Shown piece by piece: positions 62,718 through 64,000 of a stretch of 64,000 nucleotides of DNA. The notes below the pieces were generated by a model. The model was given only the letters and a program-made list of their open reading frames with translations. It ran no database searches and was not told the DNA's origin. A program made the position numbers and the translations under genes. Each line of letters starts with the position of its first letter. The stretch's first letter is position 1. The DNA comes from a virus, in IMG/VR virus record IMGVR_UViG_3300036770_005682, positions 73,812-137,811 of that record; one strand, 5' to 3'.

Positions 62718-64000
62718 CTATCCAATCACAACTACTGTGAAGGCGTTTGATGATGGCGCAGAAGAGAATTGGACGGTTACTGTGTCCGCATCGGTTCTGA
62801 CGGTATCTGCAATAACTGTGTCATAGCTTGATGAGTCGTATACCTGTATCATCACTTCTCTCGTGTTGAAAGCGTGTACAACAGTAAACGATGTATCAAC
62901 ACCGTTGCCGACAGTCTTGGTGACTTTTCTTGCAAGTACTGGAGTTGTTACCCCAGAACCCTGGGTGCCGCCAGCAGCAAGGTTTGTTCTGGCGTTTGCC
63001 TCTGTTGAAGCACCAGTACCACCATTGGCGACAGCTAATTGACCCGTTACAGCAGCGGACTGACCAATCTGTACCGCACCAAATTCAGGTACGCCGCCAG
63101 CACCGGCTTGAAGCACTTGATACTGTGTCCCCGCAGCTGTTACATCAAGAGCGTTGGTGCCGTCACCATAGAGAATCCCGTTGTCAGTAAACGACTCATT
63201 TCCAGTACCGCCAGCAGTAACAGCTACCGTTGTTGCATCCCATGTACCGGTAGTTACGGTGCCGAGGGTAACAATTGTGTTTTGACCAGCATACGTAGCA
63301 GCGATGTCTATGGAGTCAGCATTGACAGTAATTCTGTCTGCAGTACCAACGGCATCAATCGTGTTTCCGGTTTTAGTAAGACCGTTGCCGGCTGTAATTT
63401 GACCTGCGCCAGAAAACTGTGCAAAGTCTAGTGCAGTTGTGCCAAGAGTGATTGTGTCGTTTGTAGTAAGAACCCAGCCGGAGTCTGCGTTTACAGTACC
63501 CTCGGTGACGAATGTAAACATGCCAGCCGTAACTTCAGCCGACAGATTTGCATCGCTAGCCCTATCTGGGGCACCAGTTTCTTTTACAACATAGATACCA
63601 TTCTCTGAGCCACTTGTCTGGTTTTTGACAAGAATTCTGTCGCCGGTCGCGAGAACGACGCCGTCGAGCGTGTCACCGTTCTCGAAATCGGAAGCAAGAT
63701 TCATCGGGCCGTTTGTTGCGGCGCGTACGGACTGTTTTACATCGAGCCCAGAACGTGCTGCGTCTACATAACCCTTAGTAGCTGCGTGAGCATCATCTGT
63801 AGGTGTTCCAAACTTCGCCTGTCCATTGGCATCTCGTTTGACGAATTTGCTTGCGGTCGCCTCTGAAGTTGCGTCATTAATGTCATTCCAGAAAGAACTT
63901 GAAAGCAAGCCCGCAGAGTCGGTATCTGCCAAATTCAGCGTGAGTGTTATTTGCCCGTTTGACTCCGTGATGCTAATTGCGTCGGTGTAAGAACCACCTG
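62718..64000 (-). CDS. tail-fibre/virion protein, partial (5' end beyond window)
   Basis: Frame open to the window edge; AATK.YVD, K.SVRAAT, GDR.LVKNQT...ENGIYV, L.VA.GGTG repeats. Confidence 0.85.
   Translation of the reverse strand, partial: GGSYTDAISITESNGQITLTLNLADTDSAGLLSSSFWNDINDATSEATASKFVKRDANGQAKFGTPTDDAHAATKGYVDAARSGLDVKQSVRAATNGPMNLASDFENGDTLDGVVLATGDRILVKNQTSGSENGIYVVKETGAPDRASDANLSAEVTAGMFTFVTEGTVNADSGWVLTTNDTITLGTTALDFAQFSGAGQITAGNGLTKTGNTIDAVGTADRITVNADSIDIAATYAGQNTIVTLGTVTTGTWDATTVAVTAGGTGNESFTDNGILYGDGTNALDVTAAGTQYQVLQAGAGGVPEFGAVQIGQSAAVTGQLAVANGGTGASTEANARTNLAAGGTQGSGVTTPVLARKVTKTVGNGVDTSFTVVHAFNTREVMIQVYDSSSYDTVIADTVRTDADTVTVQFSSAPSSNAFTVVVIG

Noticed and set aside
54106-64000. 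Diversity-generating retroelement or invertible shufflon acting on fibre genes
   Set aside because: No reverse transcriptase or invertase, and no near-identical template/variable repeat pair seen in this window

Overview
The window is a 64-kb segment of a large tailed dsDNA phage of an actinobacterial host. The host call rests on two WhiB genes, leaderless sigma-A promoters, actinobacterial LexA and CRP/GlxR-type boxes, and an LPXTG protein. Layout: 0-17 kb holds three tRNAs and DNA-metabolism genes (class II ribonucleotide reductase, thioredoxin, primase-helicase, DUF932, ParB-like, PAPS-reductase-like, HARP/SNF2 helicase). 17-36 kb is an early-gene region. 36-45 kb holds a protease, a phosphoesterase, lysis genes and two surface proteins. 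45-64 kb holds tail-fibre/virion genes interleaved with modifying enzymes (sulfotransferase, APS kinase, 2OG-Fe oxygenases, flavin halogenase). The standout is the 17-36 kb region. It carries 17 copies of an asymmetric 15-bp motif (GACGGTGGYGGAAGA, usually preceded by CGGGGCT), all on the + strand. The copies separate small self-contained cassettes (promoter, gene(s), terminator) of either orientation. Genes inside the cassettes are nearly purged of 4-bp palindromes, while the spacers just upstream of the motif are packed with them. Several cassettes end in unannotated 16-21 aa hydrophobic micropeptides. All calls come from reading the sequence by eye; no database search or computed count was run.
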